In this document: piece by piece, positions 61,700 to 64,000 of the stretch | Layout: every line of letters begins with the position of its first letter | How positions within the stretch are numbered: position 1 is the first letter of the stretch | Notes under the pieces: model-generated | The model's input: the letters and a program-made list of their open reading frames with translations, nothing else | What the model was told of the DNA's origin: nothing | Database searches by the model: none | Position numbers and translations under genes: made by a program | From: Squalus acanthias | Lineage: Eukaryota | Direction of reading: 5' to 3' | NCBI GenBank assembly: GCA_030390025.1 | Contig: CM059432.1 | Span: 5,146,001 to 5,210,000 of the forward strand | DNA length: 64,000 nucleotides

Positions 61700-64000
61700 C
61701 CCTCCCCGCGATCTCTCCCTCCCTCCCCGCGATCTCTCTCTCCGCGCGATCTCTCCCTCCCCACGATCTCTCTCTCCCCGCGATCTCTCCCTACCCACGA
61801 TCTCTCTCTCCGCGATCTCTCTCTCCTCGCGATCTCTCTCTCCCCACGATCTCTCCCTCCCCACGATCTCTCTCTCCGCGATCTCTCTCTCCCCGCGATC
61901 TCTTTCTCCCCGCGATCTCTCCCTCCCCGCGATCTCTCTCTCCCCGCGATCTCTCTCTCCCCGTAATCTCTCCCTCCTCGCGATCTCTCTCTCCCCGCGA
62001 TCTCTCTCTCCCCGCGATCTCTCCCTCCGCGATCTCTCTCTCCCCGCGATCTCTCTCCCCCAGCGATCTCTCTCTCCCCGCGATCTCTCCCTCCCCACGA
62101 TCTCTCTCTCCGCGATCTCTCTCTCCTCGCGATCTCTCTCTCCCCGCGATCTCTCCCTCCCCACGATCTCTCTCTCCGCGATCTCTCTCTCCCCGCGATC
62201 TCTCTCTCCCCGCGATCTCTCCCTCCCCGCGATCTCTCTCTCCCCGCGATCTCTCTCTCCCCGTAATCTCTCCCTCCTCGCGATCTCTCTCTCCCCGCGA
62301 TCTCTCTCTCCCCGCGATCTCTCTTCGGCGATCTCTCTCTCCCCGCGATCTCTCTCTCCTCGCGATCTCTCTCTCCCCGCGATCTCTCCCTCCCCACGAT
62401 CTCTCTCTCCGCGATCTCTCCCTCCCCGCGATCTCTCTCTCCCCGCGATCTCTCACTCCCCGCGATCTCTCTCTCCCCGCGATCTCTCTCTCCCCGTAAT
62501 CTCTCCCTCCCCGCGATCTCTCTCTCCCCGCGATCTCTCACTCCCCGCGATCTCTCTCTCCCCGCGATCTCTCTCTCCCCGTAATCTCTCCCTCCTCGCG
62601 ATCTCTCTCTCCCCGCGATCTCTCTCTCCCCGCGATCTCTCTCTCCGCGATCTCTCTCTCCCCACGATCTCTCTCTCCGCGCGATCTCTCCCTCCCCGCG
62701 ATCTCTCTCTCCCCGCGATCTCTCCCTACCCACGATCTCTCTCTCCGCGATCTCTCTCTCCTCGCGATCTCTCTCTCCCCACGATCTCTCCCTCCCCACG
62801 ATCTCTCTCTCCGCGATCTCTCTCTCCCCGCGATCTCTTTCTCCCCGCGATCTCTCCCTCCCCGCGATCTCTCTCTCCCCGCGATCTCTCTCTCCCCGTA
62901 ATCTCTCCCTCCTCGCGATCTCTCTCTCCCCGCGATCTCTCTCTCCCCGCGATCTCTCCCCCCGCGATCTCTCTCTCCCCGCGATCTCTCCCTCCCCACG
63001 ATCTCTCTCTCCGCGATCTCTCTCTCCTCGCGATCTCTCTCTCCCCGCGATCTCTCCCTCCCCACGATCTCTCTCTCCGCGATCTCTCTCTCCCCGCGAT
63101 CTCTCTCTCCCCGCGATCTCTCTCTCCCCGCGATCTCTCTCTCCCCGTAATCTCTCCCTCCTCGCGATCTCTCTCTCCCCGCGATCTCTCTCTCCCCGCG
63201 ATCTCTCTTCGGCGATCTCTCTCTCCCCGCGATCTCTCTCTCCTCGCGATCTCTCTCTCCCCGCGATCTCTCCCTCCCCACGATCTCTCTCTCCGCGATC
63301 TCTCCCTCCCCGCGATCTCTCTCTCCCCGCGATCTCTCACTCCCCGCGATCTCTCTCTCCCCGCGATCTCTCTCTCCCCGTAATCTCTCCCTCCTCGCGA
63401 TCTCTCTCCCCGCGATCTCTCTCTCCCCGCGATCTCTCTCTCCGCGATCTCTCTCTCCCCGCGATCTCTCTCTCCCCGCGATCTCTCTCTCCCCGCGATC
63501 TCTCCCTCCCCACGATCTCTCTCTCCGCGATCTCTCTCTCCTCGCGATCTCTCTCTCCCCGCGATCTCTCCCTCCCCACGATCTCTCTCTCCGCGATCTC
63601 TCTCTCCCCGCGATCTCTCTCTCCCCGCGATCTCTCCCTCCCCGCGATCTCTCTCTCCCCGCGATCTCTCTCTCCCCGTAATCTCTCCATCCTCGCGATC
63701 TCTCTCTCCCCGCGATCTCTCTCTCCCCGCGATCTCTCTTCGGCGATCTCTCTCTCCCCGCGATCTCTCTCTCCTCGCGATCTCTCTCTCCCCGCGATCT
63801 CTCCCTCCCCATGATCTCTCTCTCCGCTATCTCTCTCTCCCCGCGATCTCTCTCTCTCCCCGCGATCTCTCTCTCCCCGTAATCTCTCCCTCCTCGCGAT
63901 CTCTCTCTCCCCGCGATCTCTCTCTCCCCGCGATCTCTCCCCCCGCGATCTCTCTCTCCCCGCGATCTCTCCCTCCCCACGATCTCTCTCTCCGCGATCT
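61700..64000. repeat. 17-bp tandem satellite (CCCCGCGATCTCTCTCT)n running off the window
   Basis: >130 units with 15-bp variants. Explains the Arg/Glu-rich ORFs here. Confidence 0.97.

Noticed and set aside
61262..63980. Long Arg/Glu/Gly-rich ORFs (up to 480 aa)
   Set aside because: Translation of the 17-bp satellite.
61700..64000. CRISPR-like array
   Set aside because: No unique spacers, no cas genes, eukaryotic context.

Overview
Repeat-dense vertebrate genomic DNA. The repeat content (Deu-domain SINEs, CR1/L2 LINEs, Penelope-like elements) points to a shark or other chondrichthyan, which is an inference. Two minus-strand genes are visible. (1) The 5' end of TRAPPC8: CpG-island promoter ~31.3-32.4 kb, coding exon 1 at 31316-31472 and exon 2 at 22291-22485, with later exons apparently outside the window. 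(2) Upstream in tandem, a SPATA2-family PUB-domain gene: exon 49272-49640, a second PUB exon present twice (43785-44135 and 41549-41899) through a ~2.24-kb tandem duplication and cut off by a CR1 insertion, and a frameshifted Cys-rich last exon (37374-37781). Its position beside TRAPPC8 suggests a third SPATA2 ohnologue that mammals lack. Also present: two Penelope-like families carrying minimal hammerhead ribozymes (11 motif copies, including an apparently perfect 384-bp inverted repeat), solo LTRs with 4-bp TSDs, an LTR element with a tRNA-Trp-like PBS, three MITE classes, and a CpG-rich 17-bp satellite at the right end. Protein and family comparisons are from memory; no searches were run.
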